NCBI GenBank assembly: GCA_030141605.1
Contig: JAQGDQ010001125.1
Coordinates: 1 to 60,814, forward strand
DNA length: 60,814 bases
Reading direction: 5' to 3'
Source: Tubiluchus corallicola
Lineage: Eukaryota; Animalia; Priapulida
The notes beneath the pieces were generated by a model, which searched no databases, was not told where the DNA came from, and saw only the letters and a program-made list of their open reading frames with translations. Positions 1 through 13,420 of this stretch are shown here, piece by piece. Position numbers and translations under genes: made by a program. How positions within the stretch are numbered: position 1 is the first letter of the stretch; each line of letters starts with the position of its first letter.

Positions 1-361
1 TTTCTGGCATTTTTTGACAGTGGCGTGGCAAGTGCTTGTGGTGCCCTCCCCTTTTAACGTTTTGATGATTGGCTTCATGGGTGAAACCGCTAATTGCGTG
101 TAATTTGTTGCGTCCCTGAGCCCAACTTTCCCTTTTCGACATGATGGGATGAAGATAAACGATTTTTTTCTAAGAATCATCCTGAGTTTGACTTGCGGTA
201 CTGCAGCAGAGTAACTCTTTTCTATACATAACTTATACATTGCAAAATGCGCTATGTTGAAATGCATATCTTATAATTAGAGGCAGATAACTTTTAATGA
301 GCTCAGGTATAAGTTTATTTGATGTCCAACAATAATAATGCGCAAAAAATCAATAAAAAAC

Positions 362-527
362 CTAGTCATTGGTCCTGCGCGGGACATCCTGGCGCTATCA
401 CACTGTCGTGCGTACTGTCGGTTGACATTTGGTATTGACACCTGTCCATTTTCCATGGGTAAATCTTTTAGGTTCGTTTGAGCGGGCTCGCCGCCACCGT
501 TTTCCAAAATTTCTTGTTCATCCTCCT
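362..527 (-). CDS. Possible internal exon of an unidentified gene
   Basis: Minus strand: pyrimidine-rich acceptor tttcattctatttcag before 527, open frame EDEQEILENGGGEPAQ...GPMT, gt at 361-360; GC-richer than the flanks. No family recognised. Confidence 0.3.
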
Positions 528-931
528 CTGAAATAGAATGAAATTTTGATTTTCAACAATCATTTCACACGTGGCATAATTAATAAAGATTTAATAAATA
601 ATTAAATATTTTAATAGGGTGTCATAGGGTTATCGATTTTCTTTCCCAACAAGTAAATTTCTTTGTTACTTTGTATTTAGAAATTTTGAAATTTTCAAGA
701 ATAATTTTATCATGATCTTCAGGGTAATGGAGAAAGCAATAACCCCTTCACAAGTTCTCATTGGCAATTCAGATGTATTTTTTCAACGCAGTAGGTGCAC
801 AAAATTCACACATGTAAAGCTATAAGAAAGCAAATTCTGGCTACACCTAACACAGAACTTGCAGTTTATACTGGATGGTTGAAAATAAGATAGTGCTGTT
901 CTAGGCCATGAATGGTTGCAAGGTCAATTTT

Positions 932-3900
932 CCTTAAAAATGACAATCACAAGAGTACCAATGTAAGTAAACTGGGCCAATTTTCATACAGAAACGATTC
1001 TTTATTCAATTCTTTTTAAAAATGACAATAATAATAGTACCAATGTAAGTAAACTGGGCCAATTTTCATACAGAAACGATTCTTTATGCAATTCTTCTTA
1101 AAAATGATAATCATAAAAGTACCAATGTAAGTAAACTGGGCCAATTTTCATACAGAAACGATTCTTTATGCAATTCTTCTTAAAAATGACAATCATAAAA
1201 GTACCAATGTAAGTAAACTGGGCCAATTTTCATACAGAAACGATTCTTTATTCAATTCTCCTTAAAAATGATAATCATAAAAGTACCAATGTAAGTAAAC
1301 TGGGCCAATTTTCATACAGAAACGATTCTTTATGCAATTCTTCTTAAAAATGATAATCATAAAAGTACCAATGTAAGTAAACTGGGCCAATTTTCATACA
1401 GAAACGATTCTTTATTCAATTCTTCTTAAAAATGATAATCATAAAAGTACCAATGTAAGTAAACTGGGCCAATTTTCTTACAGAAACGATTCTTTATTCA
1501 ATTCTTCTTAAAAATGATAATCATAAAAGTACCAATGTAAGTAAACTGGGCCAATTTTCATACAGAAACGATTCTTTATGCAATTCTTCTTAAAAATGAC
1601 AATCATAAGAGTACCAATGTAAGTAAACTGGGCCAATTTTCATACAGAAACGATTCTTTATGCAATTCTTCTTAAAAATGATAATCATAAAAGTACCAAT
1701 GTAAGTAAACTGGGCCAATTTTCATACAGAAACGATTCTTTATGCAATTCTTCTTAAAAATGACAATCATAAAAGTACCAATGTAAGTAAACTGGGCCAA
1801 TTTTCATACAGAAACGATTCTTTATTCAATTCTCCTTAAAAATGATAATCATAAAAGTACCAATGTAAGTAAACTGGGCCAATTTTCATACAGAAACGAT
1901 TCTTTATGCAATTCTTCTTAAAAATGATAATCATAAAAGTACCAATGTAAGTAAACTGGGCCAATTTTCATACAGAAACGATTCTTTATGCAATTCTTCT
2001 TAAAAATGATAATCATAAAAGTACCAATGTAAGTAAACTGGGCCAATTTTCATACAGAAACGATTCTTTATGCAATTCTTCTTAAAAATGACAATCATAA
2101 AAGTACCAATGTAAGTAAACTGGGCCAATTTTCATACAGAAACGATTCTTTATTCAATTCTTCTTAAAAATGATAATCATAAAAGTACCAATGTAAGTAA
2201 ACTGGGCCAATTTTCATACAGAAACGATTCTTTATGCAATTCTTCTTAAAAATGATAATCATAAAAGTACCAATGTAAGTAAACTGGGCCAATTTTCATA
2301 CAGAAACGATTCTTTATGCAATTCTTCTTAAAAATGATAATCATAAAAGTACCAATGTAAGTAAACTGGGCCAATTTTCATACAGAAACGATTCTTTATG
2401 CAATTCTTCTTAAAAATGATAATCATAAAAGTACCAATGTAAGTAAACTGGGCCAATTTTCATACAGAAACGATTCTTTATTCAATTCTTCTTAAAAATG
2501 ATAATCATAAAAGTACCAATGTAAGTAAACTGGGCCAATTTTCTTACAGAAACGTTCTTATTCAATTCTTCTTAAAAATGATAATCATAAAAGTACCAAT
2601 GTAAGTAAACTGGGCCAATTTTCATACAGAAACGATTCTTTACAATTCTTCTTAAAAATGACTCATAAAAGTACCAATGTAAGTAAACTGGGCCAATTTT
2701 CATACAAACGATTCTTTATTCAATTCTTCTTAAAAATGATAATCTAAGTACCAATGTAAGTAAACTGGGCCAATTTTCATACAGAAACGATTCTTGCAAT
2801 TCTTCTTAAAAATGATCATAAAGTACCAATGTAAGTAAACTGGGCCAATTTTCATACAGAAACGATTCTTTATGCAATTCTTCTTAAAAATGACAATCAT
2901 AAAAGTACCAATGTAAGTAAACTGGGCCAATTTTCATACAGAAACGATTCTTTATGCAATTCTTCTTAAAAATGATAATCATAAAAGTACCAATGTAAGT
3001 AAACTGGGCCAATTTTCATACAGAAACGATTCTTTATTCAATTCTTCTTAAAAATGATAATCATAAAAGTACCAATGTAAGTAAACTGGGCCAATTTTCA
3101 TACAGAAACGATTCTTTATGCAATTCTTCTTAAAAATGATAATCATAAAAGTACCAATGTAAGTAAACTGGGCCAATTTTCATACAGAAACGATTCTTTA
3201 TGCAATTCTTCTTAAAAATGATAATCATAAAAGTACCAATGTAAGTAAACTGGGCCAATTTTCATACAGAAACGATTCTTTATGCAATTCTTCTTAAAAA
3301 TGATAATCATAAAAGTACCAATGTAAGTAAACTGGGCCAATTTTCATACAGAAACGATTCTTTATTCAATTCTTCTTAAAAATGATAATCATAAAAGTAC
3401 CAATGTAAGTAAACTGGGCCAATTTTCATACAGAAACGATTCTTTATGCAATTCTTCTTAAAAATGATAATCATAAAAGTACCAATGTAAGTAAACTGGG
3501 CCAATTTCATACAGAAACGATTCTTTATTCAATTCTTCTTAAAAATGATAATCATAAAAGTACCAATGTAAGTAAACTGGGCCAATTTTCATACAGAAAC
3601 GATTCTTTATGCAATTCTTCTTAAAAATGATAATCATAAGTACCAATGTAAGTAAACTGGGCCAATTTTCATACAGAAACGATTCTTTATTCAATTCTTC
3701 TTCTTAAAAATGATAATCATAAAAGTACCAATGTAAGTAAACTGGGCCAATTTTCATACAGAAACGATTCTTTATGCAATTCTTCTTAAAAATGACAATC
3801 ATAAAAGTACCAATGTAAGTAAACTGGGCCAATTTTCATACAGAAACGATTCTTTATGCAATTCTTCTTAAAAATGATAATCATAAAAGTACCAATGTAA

Positions 3901-4510
3901 GTAAACTGGGCCAATTTTCATACAGAAACGATTCTTTATGCAATTCTTCTTAAAAATGACAATCATAAAAGTACCAATGTAAGTAAACTGGGCCAATTTT
4001 CATACAGAAACGATTCTTTATTCAATTCTCCTTAAAAATGATAATCATAAAAGTACCAATGTAAGTAAACTGGGCCAATTTTCATACAGAAACGATTCTT
4101 TATGCAATTCTTCTTAAAAATGATAATCATAAAAGTACCAATGTAAGTAAACTGGGCCAATTTTCATACAGAAACGATTCTTTATTCAATTCTTCTTAAA
4201 AATGATAATCATAAAAGTACCAATGTAAGTAAACTGGGCCAATTTTCATACAGAAACGATTCTTTATTCAATTCTTCTTAAAAATGATAATCATAAAAGT
4301 ACCAATGTAAGTAAACTGGGCCAATTTTCATACAGAAACGATTCTTTATTCAATTCTTCTTAAAAATGATAATCATAAAAGTACCAATGTAAGTAAACTG
4401 GGCCAATTTTCTTACAGAAACGATTCTTTATTCAATTCTTCTTAAAAATGATAATCATAAAAGTACCAATGTAAGTAAACTGGGCCAATTTTCTTACAGA
4501 AATGATTCTT
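932..4510. repeat. 82-bp tandem satellite, about 43 copies
   Basis: Unit aaaaatgataatcataaaagtaccaatgtaagtaaactgggccaattttcatacagaaacgattctttatgcaattcttctt; period 82 (1121 to 1203); near-identical copies, no spacers. Confidence 0.98.
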
Positions 4511-4542
4511 TTCCCATACTGGAGTTTAGATTTTCATTTTAA

Positions 4543-5030
4543 AGAAAACCAAACAATTGTGTAAACACTAATTCAGAATAAAGTATGCACTAAAATACTG
4601 AAAACTACAATAGCTTTTTTTACATAAAAGCTACGTGCGGCTCAGTGAATCAACTAAGGCTGGCAACAGCGCTTTTTTGTCACATTCACGTGGCCGACAA
4701 ATAGAAGGCGGTACCGTGATAACCATGATCATGAACTGCAGTATTAGTTTCTGACGTCATATGATGTAGAGCCCATTTTCGTGGCATCGCGCGTTTAAGC
4801 AATAACACTTCCGCAAACGTGCTTGACGCGGAAGGGAAGATGCCTGTTATTGCACAAACTGTGGTTAGTTTCTGATGTAAGCAATAGCTGTGTTCGGTTG
4901 CCGTTAATTAACCTTCTAAGCTAATTATTAAAATATAAGAAATAACTGCTAACTTTTATAGGCAAGAAAATGTATATTTTGGACAATAAAATAAAATGAG
5001 ATCGAGTCTAAACAATCTTACGGTTTTCCT
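4543..5030. mobile_element. TTAA-flanked Kolobok/T2-like MITE
   Basis: TTAA|AGAAAACC...GGTTTTCCT|TTAA; related sequence at about 14350-14517 and 15604-15688. Confidence 0.4.
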
Positions 5031-5065
5031 TTAAGCTTTTGCAGCACTGAACCGCCACATATTAA

Positions 5066-5489
5066 CCCTTTCAGTCCCAAATTATTTTTTTTGATAAGAA
5101 AATTTTGGCTTGGTAGTTTTGTTCAGTATGTCCATCTTGTTTACACATAATAATTATTTTTTTCTACCTGTGCCCGCATGCTAAATATAGCCTGTCCGCG
5201 CTAATATTCATTTTGCAACTGCTGATAATTTTTTAAAGTACTTAAGACATTTAGTATGCATGCTATGCTGATCTGTACAAAGTCGTCTTTAAAGTACTGT
5301 ACGTTGCACAGTTTTTTATGCTATGTAGATTTTCTAGTTTGCCATTTTATCACTATTTTTAGTCTATTGTTATAGGCTTAAATCAAAATAACTATTAACA
5401 GATCAAATAACTGTCAGTTTTAAAATTTTATTAATTTTGAAGGCAGAAAATATTCTCGCATCACACGGGATACAACGGGTATGAAAGGG
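5066..5489. mobile_element. piggyBac-type MITE, copy 1
   Basis: TTAA|CCCTTTCA...TGAAAGGG|TTAA; a second copy lies inverted at 15689-16141. Confidence 0.88.
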
Positions 5490-7992
5490 TTAAAGGGTTT
5501 TCCTGTTAGTCATCGGCATTTGATTACCCTTGTACCTTTAATTAATTAATTACTCTTGTACTTATTTGAAATGTACCTGTCATTACGTTTTTTCTCAAAT
5601 AAAAGTATTTAAACAAATCAGGCTGGCGGAGGAAACAAAATACCTACTTGCTTCACAGTTATCTGACACTGATGAAAATTTAGAACTGTCAATAAATTCG
5701 CATCATTCTGCAGAAAGTTGACATATATAAGTTTATAAGTTTATTTACATACGTTTATTTATTTCCACTCTGCATCTAACAGTTATAATAAAAATACAGA
5801 TAATTTCACTGAAGTAAATATAAATATAAATGCAATATTATGCAGAAATTACAAAAGAGATTCTTATGCAGCATATACATGTGCAAATTACATTACAGAG
5901 TAATTTTGATGCATACAGTTTGAGCCTAAAAGCATAGCTTGACAGGCCAAACTGTACGTGGAAATCTTAAAGAAGTGATTAATAATTGAAATAATAATAA
6001 TATATACATAAAAGTGTGGGGGGGGAGTAGTGAATGAAAGATGAAATGGAGCGAGAACTAGGAAAAACTGTGATCATGATTATAAAGTGTTCAGTAACCT
6101 GTTGAGCATAGTCACGTTTTATTAAGATTACTGTGGAAAAAGAATGCATTTGATTACCATTATCAAACTGTGTTACTCTCAATACTTTTGAAATATTTCT
6201 TTTCTGACGGTTTTTTTAAAAGTTGAAAGGGAGTGACTACATTTTGAATTGCGGCTTAGTCTGTTCCATAGGTCTGGTCCCATATAGCTAATGAAACACG
6301 TTTATAAATAAGTTAACACGTCAGATGAAAGGGTAATACACGTCAATTCATACGTGCACAGGTTTAAAATATTTTCAACGAGCGCATTTGTGAAGTAATG
6401 GAGAAAACTCCATTAAGAGCAAGATCGATATTCAGGTGTGAAATGCTCTACAGGTGCAAAACTGATTAAACTTTGTAGATTTCTCAAAATGAAACATCTA
6501 GAGATTACCGCCTACTGCTGTAATAAGCCTATACATGTACGCATAATGAACTTGGCATTTTCCACTGTAATAGGTACACTGTCTAGCATTGCATTTGCCT
6601 GCCTAAAAACATAAAAGTATGATCATTCCATGTCAACATTTGCTTGAAAAAATTCTCAAAAATAGCACATTACCTGCCCGCAATGAACACACGCGAAGTT
6701 TTACAGCCTAAATGTTTCTATTTCTCAAGATATTGAGGCACAAGTTTGAATTCCCCACACACAAGAAATTAGTTCATGAAGTGGAATACAGGTAGAGGTA
6801 GGATTAGGGTTAGGGTATTTAAATTGTGTGGGGCATAACAAACTCATGATATTGATTTTTTTCAAATATGGTTGATGTACACCATTGGTTTTCAATCGCG
6901 AGTGCCTTATTTACGTTCCGAGCATGTTTGAGCTTCCATATTTTTAAAAATAAACGTTGCGTGGACCTAAGAATTTGCACTATGGGTAGACTTTAGATAC
7001 AACCCCTCGAAATCTCAATATATAGATTTTCAGAAGAAGACATAGAAGATATAGACATAGAACATTTATTTTCCCCAATTAGTTTAACATCAAAAGTTTT
7101 TTAAATATTAAGTAATTATAATCATGCAGCAGGGTAGGGAAGGAGCACAGGGTCATCTAGTCTGCTGCCCTTTCTTATAAATGGATTAGTATATTAAAAA
7201 TTAACGATGATGCTGCAGATAACAAAAACAAATAAGAAAAATATAGAAATAAAAACAGTATAAATGATTCAAATTATCCAAAAAGAACTGAAAACAAAAA
7301 AATATAATAAAGTTAGATATCAAAATCTAAACAAAACAATACAATTATTCAGTAATTAGGATTATTATATGTAGTAGTTTCAAATGGGGTCTTATTAACA
7401 GGTGAATTTGACCAAGGTTAGTGAGTAAAGTTAAAAACTGAGAGTATGGTAAGATAAAATAAGCATCAAAAAAGTGTAATAGAGAAAAATTTATGAGAAA
7501 AATTCAAGTACGAGAAAGAGCAACAATTACTTGGCGATGAGAAAAAACTTGCTAGCTTGCTTATTAGCCTTACAAGTTATGTACTACAGGTATTTAGTAA
7601 GAATTTTGTGTATTTTTTGGAAGCAGAAATCACAGCACAGAAGCAAAGACACTTATTGGTTTTATATTGTAGACGCATTGTATTGTACTGTATTGTATTT
7701 TGTATTGTTGACCTGTGACACTTAGTCCACTGCTACAGATGAGCAAATTATGAATGGCTAAAAATACTTTCAAAAAATTAAAGACGAATTAGGTGAGTCG
7801 ACACGCAATGACCAAATAGTTATATCGTGTGTCACTGAGCTATTTAGTTATCACAAAACATAATGTAATTAGATGACTGATCTGATCATTACATCATTCC
7901 ATTTTAAACACTAATGTTTTTTTATCATGATTCACTTTAAATTTTCAGATTATCTCCATTACTTTTTTTTCTATCACTGTGTGGGACAATCT

Positions 7993-8314
7993 AACAAGTC
8001 CTGCTTTTTGATTGTCCGCAACACATTTACCTTCGTGTATAAGTGAACAAGCCCTGCTTTTTGATTGCCCGCAACACATTTACCTTCGTGTATAAGTGAA
8101 CAAGCCCTGCTTTTTGATTGCCAGCAACACATTTACCTTCGTGTATAGGTGAACAAGCCCTGCTTTTTGATTGCCAGCAACACATTTACCTTCGTGTATA
8201 GGTGAACAAGCCCTGCTTTTTGATTGCCAGCAACACATTTACCTTCGTATATAAGTGAACAAGCCCTGCTTTTTGATTGCCCGTAACACATTTACCTTCG
8301 TATATAAGTGAACA
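7993..8314. repeat. 53-bp minisatellite, about 6 copies
   Basis: Unit aacaagccctgctttttgattgcccgcaacacatttaccttcgtgtataagtg. Confidence 0.95.
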
Positions 8315-10218
8315 GTGTTTGAGGCTTTTTCTGTGCAGTATTTCTTATTTGTATTATATCCATTGTAGGCCCTTTCACTAGATATTGTATATGTAATTAT
8401 TGTAAATGTGTAATGTGAAATAAATGACTTACTTTTGACTTAATATTAGATTTTTTTAGTTCTTCAGTACATCTTACTTATGTAGTGTGTAACTACTGCA
8501 GGAAACAAAGCACAAGTAAGCAAACCCTAAACTGAAGGACGAAAGAACAGGAGCTTTCCCTTACTGGAGGGAAACATTTACTAGCAATTCACAATAAGAG
8601 TGGTCAGTCATCGAATTCAACAATATAAATCTCTATGGAATAAGTTAGATAAGAGAATGATTGTTGCGATGATGTGACCATTATTTCAAATCACAGTCAT
8701 GCACTGTGCTACCACCAGGTGGCCCACGTATAGAGCAACCTTAAAGACCAGCACAGGTTAGCCACCCAATATTACCCTGCTTACTGGATTTGGCAGAGAA
8801 ACACAGCAGGGGGCTTTTTTAAAGTCTGCAATAATTAAAAAAAAACAATTGCACAGCCAACGCAAGACAATACAAAAGAGTAAACAATAGAGTATCATAA
8901 ATAATACAAAAATAATGTACATGAAAAGAGAAACCCATTTGTACAATTTCAAGTTTGAGCTCCTTATCTGATACCCTAGGGGGTTGGGGTTGGTGGCTCC
9001 CAGTAGGGTGCACACAGGTGATCAAGTTGTAATTAGCCCACCTCTCTGGAGAGAATCAAGAAACCAAGAGCGGAAGAAGAAGAGAGACAAACGACAAGCA
9101 CAAATTGTGCTAAGTGTCTGTATTTATTTATTTTTTTATTTATTATTATTATCACATTCAGTGCAATATAATGACATTAAGCACACGGTGACATCAAAAT
9201 TATTACATCATACTGTATTAAATTGTTGTGTTTCATACACTATCGTTATCATAAAAGAATAATTGTACTGCAATGGGCTAGAGAAGCAAAGGCTTGTATA
9301 AGCCCACTGTCATGTGAACCTGATAAAAAAGAATGGATGAGTGAACAAAAAAAAGAACTGGGAGAAAGGTTAGATCACACAGGAAGGGTAGAAGGATGTG
9401 TTAGTGGAAATGGTAGGAAGAAAGATAATAGATTGCGCTATGTTGACATCAGCTCTAAAGATTTATCAATGATGCCTTGTTTTGCATAATCGCAATGCTG
9501 TACATGTAACATTGCTTCGGGTGGCAGATCCACAATCTGGTGTGTAGAAAGAAAGCATGCTACCTCTTCGTTATCCCTGTTGAGTTACAATGAGCATTTG
9601 CAACCATTAAGACAGATTCTTAAGTTTTGTAATGGTCACATTTTGATACTGGCCAACTAACGGTCAATTGTCCACTTTGTTTTAGAAATGCTATTATCAG
9701 AACTACAATAACAACAATCTCAATGTATCAAAAGGACTCTAAATGTAATGAAATAAATGCAGCATCGTGTTACATTCAAAGTGTCTTCTGCCACCTACAT
9801 ATTTACTCAGCTAACGGCAATGTAAACACTCACGTGGTAAAGGCGACAACCGAGTACAATGGCGGAAATCAATTACAGCAACGCAAACGGTGCTTCTTCA
9901 AGTAAAGAGCGCATTCATTCGTGGAACTAATCAATAATCAATAATTGTGCATTTGATATTATAATGAGCAAACATGCACAAAATTTCCCAATGAAAAGAG
10001 AAGGTAGAGGTGATAAGAGCGGCAGACTCCAGCACGACTAATTTTGACAACGAGTTTTGCCCCTAAAGGAGTAACGGGTGCAACGAAACCACAAGGCTTA
10101 ACAAACGTTGACTGGAAATATCAACCAGGCGCTTTTATCTAGTTTGTTTAATTATGAATATTCTTGGCAGGTAGTGATGAGCGATTTTGAAATTTTACAA
10201 TTCGATTATAATCTAGTC

Positions 10219-10700
10219 CAGGCGTGTGCAAATTATCTGACTAGCTGGGCCACATTAAACTTTCCCGCAATTCCTGCAGGCCACAGGCAGTTTGATCAAG
10301 GAGCCAAGTACAGAAAGGCCTAATAATGATTTTTTTGCATCCGACCTGCGTACATCATTACTACTACACTCAAGAAACTATTTTAGAAGTTATTAAAATT
10401 GATATTACAAACCTATGTTTCTACTTTCAGGACAGATAGTGGTAATTTCATTACAATGCATATTAGTAATGTGTATCTCACATTCTGTGTAGTACAGTGA
10501 CATTAAGCTACAACCGTCTTGTAAGGGTTAATGGCATCCGATCTAGTAGAAAAAAACTACCCGCACTATCTTTGGGATCGTGGCACGGACTTCAGCTGGA
10601 AACACTCAATTAATCACCCGGGCGGCACGTTCATTAGGTTGACAAATCTCTTCGTGGGCCACACAAATTCTCTCGGCGGGCCGCAATTTGCACACCCATG
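10219..10700 (+). mobile_element. hAT (Charlie/Buster-like) MITE, copy A
   Basis: TIR CAGG(C/G)GTGTGCAAA; perfect 8-bp TSD ATCTAGTC. Confidence 0.92.
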
Positions 10701-11369
10701 ATCTAGTCCTTGTAATTAGATATCACGATTAATTCTTTGCGGTGATTTTAGTGTTTTAACCACATCCACATTTTTCCATGATCGCAGTGAAATATAGCCT
10801 ATAACTTCTTCACAGCTTCACCACTGTCTGCCATTTTTGTACCCGGAAACTATTTTTATAGGCGCACACCTGCTTTTTTGTTAACTACTCTATGACAATA
10901 TCGTTACAAGCGTCACATATCAAAGAATACGAAGCACAAAGTTTGCACCGCTGTGGTTCACAATTGTGTGCATTGTGGAAGATGAGAAAAATGAAGAAAA
11001 ATGCAAAGATTCGGTTTATTTGTGCTGCCATGCTACCTTTTAGTCAGTATTTCAAGCCACTGGCGTAGCCGTGTCTAGTTTTTTTGCTGGATTACTGCTG
11101 CGTTTACCCGTCTGAAGGCAGATTTCTTTTATTTTAGAATTCTGCCTGCCCAATGTCTACAATAGATGTGACTGGCGTATGATGATGATCATAAGACAGT
11201 ATTCAGCACGTATATTTTGCTCTCGATTAATTGAATTACTGTTCAATCGTCGAATAAATCAATTTATGCATGGTTGTAATTGCGATTAATTCAATTAATC
11301 TATAAATAGCCCAGACACTGCTGCCTTACGAAGATCTTATATAAAACACAAAAGCTGTCACATCCTGAA

Positions 11370-11625
11370 ATTTGTTCATTTCTCAATTGTTTGTTTGTTG
11401 ATTGTTCATTTCTCAATTGTTTGTTTGTTGATTGTTCATTTCTCGATTGTTTGTTTGTTGATTGTTCATTTCTCGATTGTCTGCTTGTTGATTGTTCATT
11501 TCTCGATTGTCTGCTTGTTGATTGTTCATTTCTCAATTGTTTGTTTGTTGACTGTTCATTTCTCAATTGTTTGTTTGTTGACTGTTCATTTCTCAATTGT
11601 TTGTTTGTTGATTGTTCATTGATTG
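11370..11625. repeat. 30-bp minisatellite, about 8 copies
   Basis: Unit ttgattgttcatttctcaattgtttgtttg. Confidence 0.95.
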
Positions 11626-11799
11626 TGTGGTTGTAATAATCAGAAATGTCTAAGAAGTTTTAAAACCATTTTTAGCCGAATGGCGATTTTTTCACTACAT
11701 TTTACAACTTTGTGTGCTGTACTGTGTTGTGCGATAGAGTTCAATTTTCAGTGTGACTTCGACTAGGAAAAGATGATTCTAGAACATGGGACTTAAATT

Positions 11800-12160
11800 T
11801 GAAAAATAGACATACAATGAACAAAACACATTTTATTCTTTAATGTTGTCATTGGTTTTGACGCTTATTACTGAAAGATGTTGTCTTATCAAACAGTGCA
11901 CTGGTTTAAAAAATAGACAAGCTATGAAAAACACATTTTGTTTTTTAATGTTGTCATTGGTTTTGCCGCTTATTAGTTATTACTGAAAGATGTTGTCTTA
12001 TTAAACAGTGCACTGGTTTAAAAAATAGACAAGCTATGAAAAACACATTTTGTTTTTTAATGTTGTCATTGCTTTTGCCGCTTATTACTGAAAGATGTTG
12101 TCTTTTTAAACAGTGCACTGGTTTTTGAAAGATGTTGTCTTATTAAACAGTGCACTGATT
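11800..12160. repeat. About 105-110 bp tandem repeat, 3 copies plus a partial
   Basis: Repeated aaaacacattttgttttttaatgttgtcattgg...gaaagatgttgtcttattaaacagtgcactgg. Confidence 0.85.
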
Positions 12161-12996
12161 TCATTATGTGTGGTTTTATTAAGCAACTACTACTATACGA
12201 GTACTGTTCCTCATATTGAAAATAATAATAATAATAATAATAATAATAAGCAATTAAGGCATTAATTGATGGTGTTGAAAAAGCATTTTTAAGACATGAT
12301 GAACGATATACTATGTAATGATCGTATCATTCAAAATGAGGCCTAATGATTAACTATTGAAAATAATCGTATTTGTGAAATGGGTTGCATTGTAATGACA
12401 AGTACCTGGTATAGCTGGTTGTACGTCACTGTTCAACTGTTTCATCTGTTCAATCTGCAACACCTAGAAAATGCCAATGCAACAGATTAATCACTTAATA
12501 CAATAAAAACATTTAATTTCGTACGTTACGCTTCACGTTAATAATAAATTCAAAAATTCAATTCAACTCAAATGCACATGACTCATAAATCTCTCTTTAG
12601 TCATATAAATGATTTTGCTGTTTTATTATTAAGACAAAAATGATGTCCATATTCGTGAAAACAAAAAATAACTCAATGCACATAATTATTACATATCTAT
12701 GTTCACAAATTGTGACGTGGTAACTGGCAAGTCTAAAAATGAACAGATCTTCCATTGTGTAAACATGTTTAATTATTTATTGTAATTTGCACAAATTGGA
12801 ACCTGCAAAGTACTGAATGGTGGAGCTAGCTGTACCAGTGCAAACAAAATCCATCCAGTCCTTGTGTGAAATGAACGTTTTTGTTGCATGGGCCACCAAA
12901 AAGAAATCTATATTTGTTTCCGAAAGTTCTCTGAGTTTATGACACGGATTCCATACATCATTTTCTTTGTATCCTCAGTGTGAAATAGGCCTAACA

Positions 12997-13420
12997 CAGG
13001 GGTGTGCAAAGTGCGACCCGGGCGATTAATTGAGTGTATCCAGCTGAAGTCCGTGCCACGATCCCAAAGATAGTGCGGGTAGTTTTTTCTACTATATCGG
13101 ATGCCATTAACCCTTACAAGACGGTTGTAGCTTAATGTCACTGTACTACACAGACTGTGTGATACACATTACTAATATGCATTGTAATGAAATTACCACT
13201 ATCTGTCCTGAAAGTAGAAATATATGGTTTGTAATATAAATTTTAATAACTTCTAAAATAGTTTCTTGGGTGTAGTACTAATGATGTACGCAGGTCGGAT
13301 GCAAAAAAATCGTAATTAGGCCTTTCTGTACTTGGCTCCTTGATCAAACTGCCTGTGGCCCGCAGGAATTGCGGGAAAGTTTAATGTGGCCCGGCTAGTC
13401 AGATAATTTGCACACCCTTG
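12997..13420 (-). mobile_element. hAT MITE, copy B (internal deletion)
   Basis: Same family, inverted; TSD gcctaaca/gcttaaaa (6/8 match). Confidence 0.9.

Noticed and set aside
1-221. Next exon of the minus-strand gene
   Set aside because: The phase-compatible frame stops after about 17 codons and no family is recognisable, so it is unsupported.
932-4510. CRISPR array
   Set aside because: Contiguous near-identical monomers with no unique spacers and no cas genes; the context is eukaryotic. The same applies to the other minisatellites.
11300-11636. Repetitive 75-98 aa ORFs
   Set aside because: By-products of a 30-bp repeat that lacks stop codons.
12908-13141. Small gene family MTLSYNRLVRVN... 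(also at 18580 and 40260)
   Set aside because: Lies within non-coding hAT MITE copies and starts at GTG.
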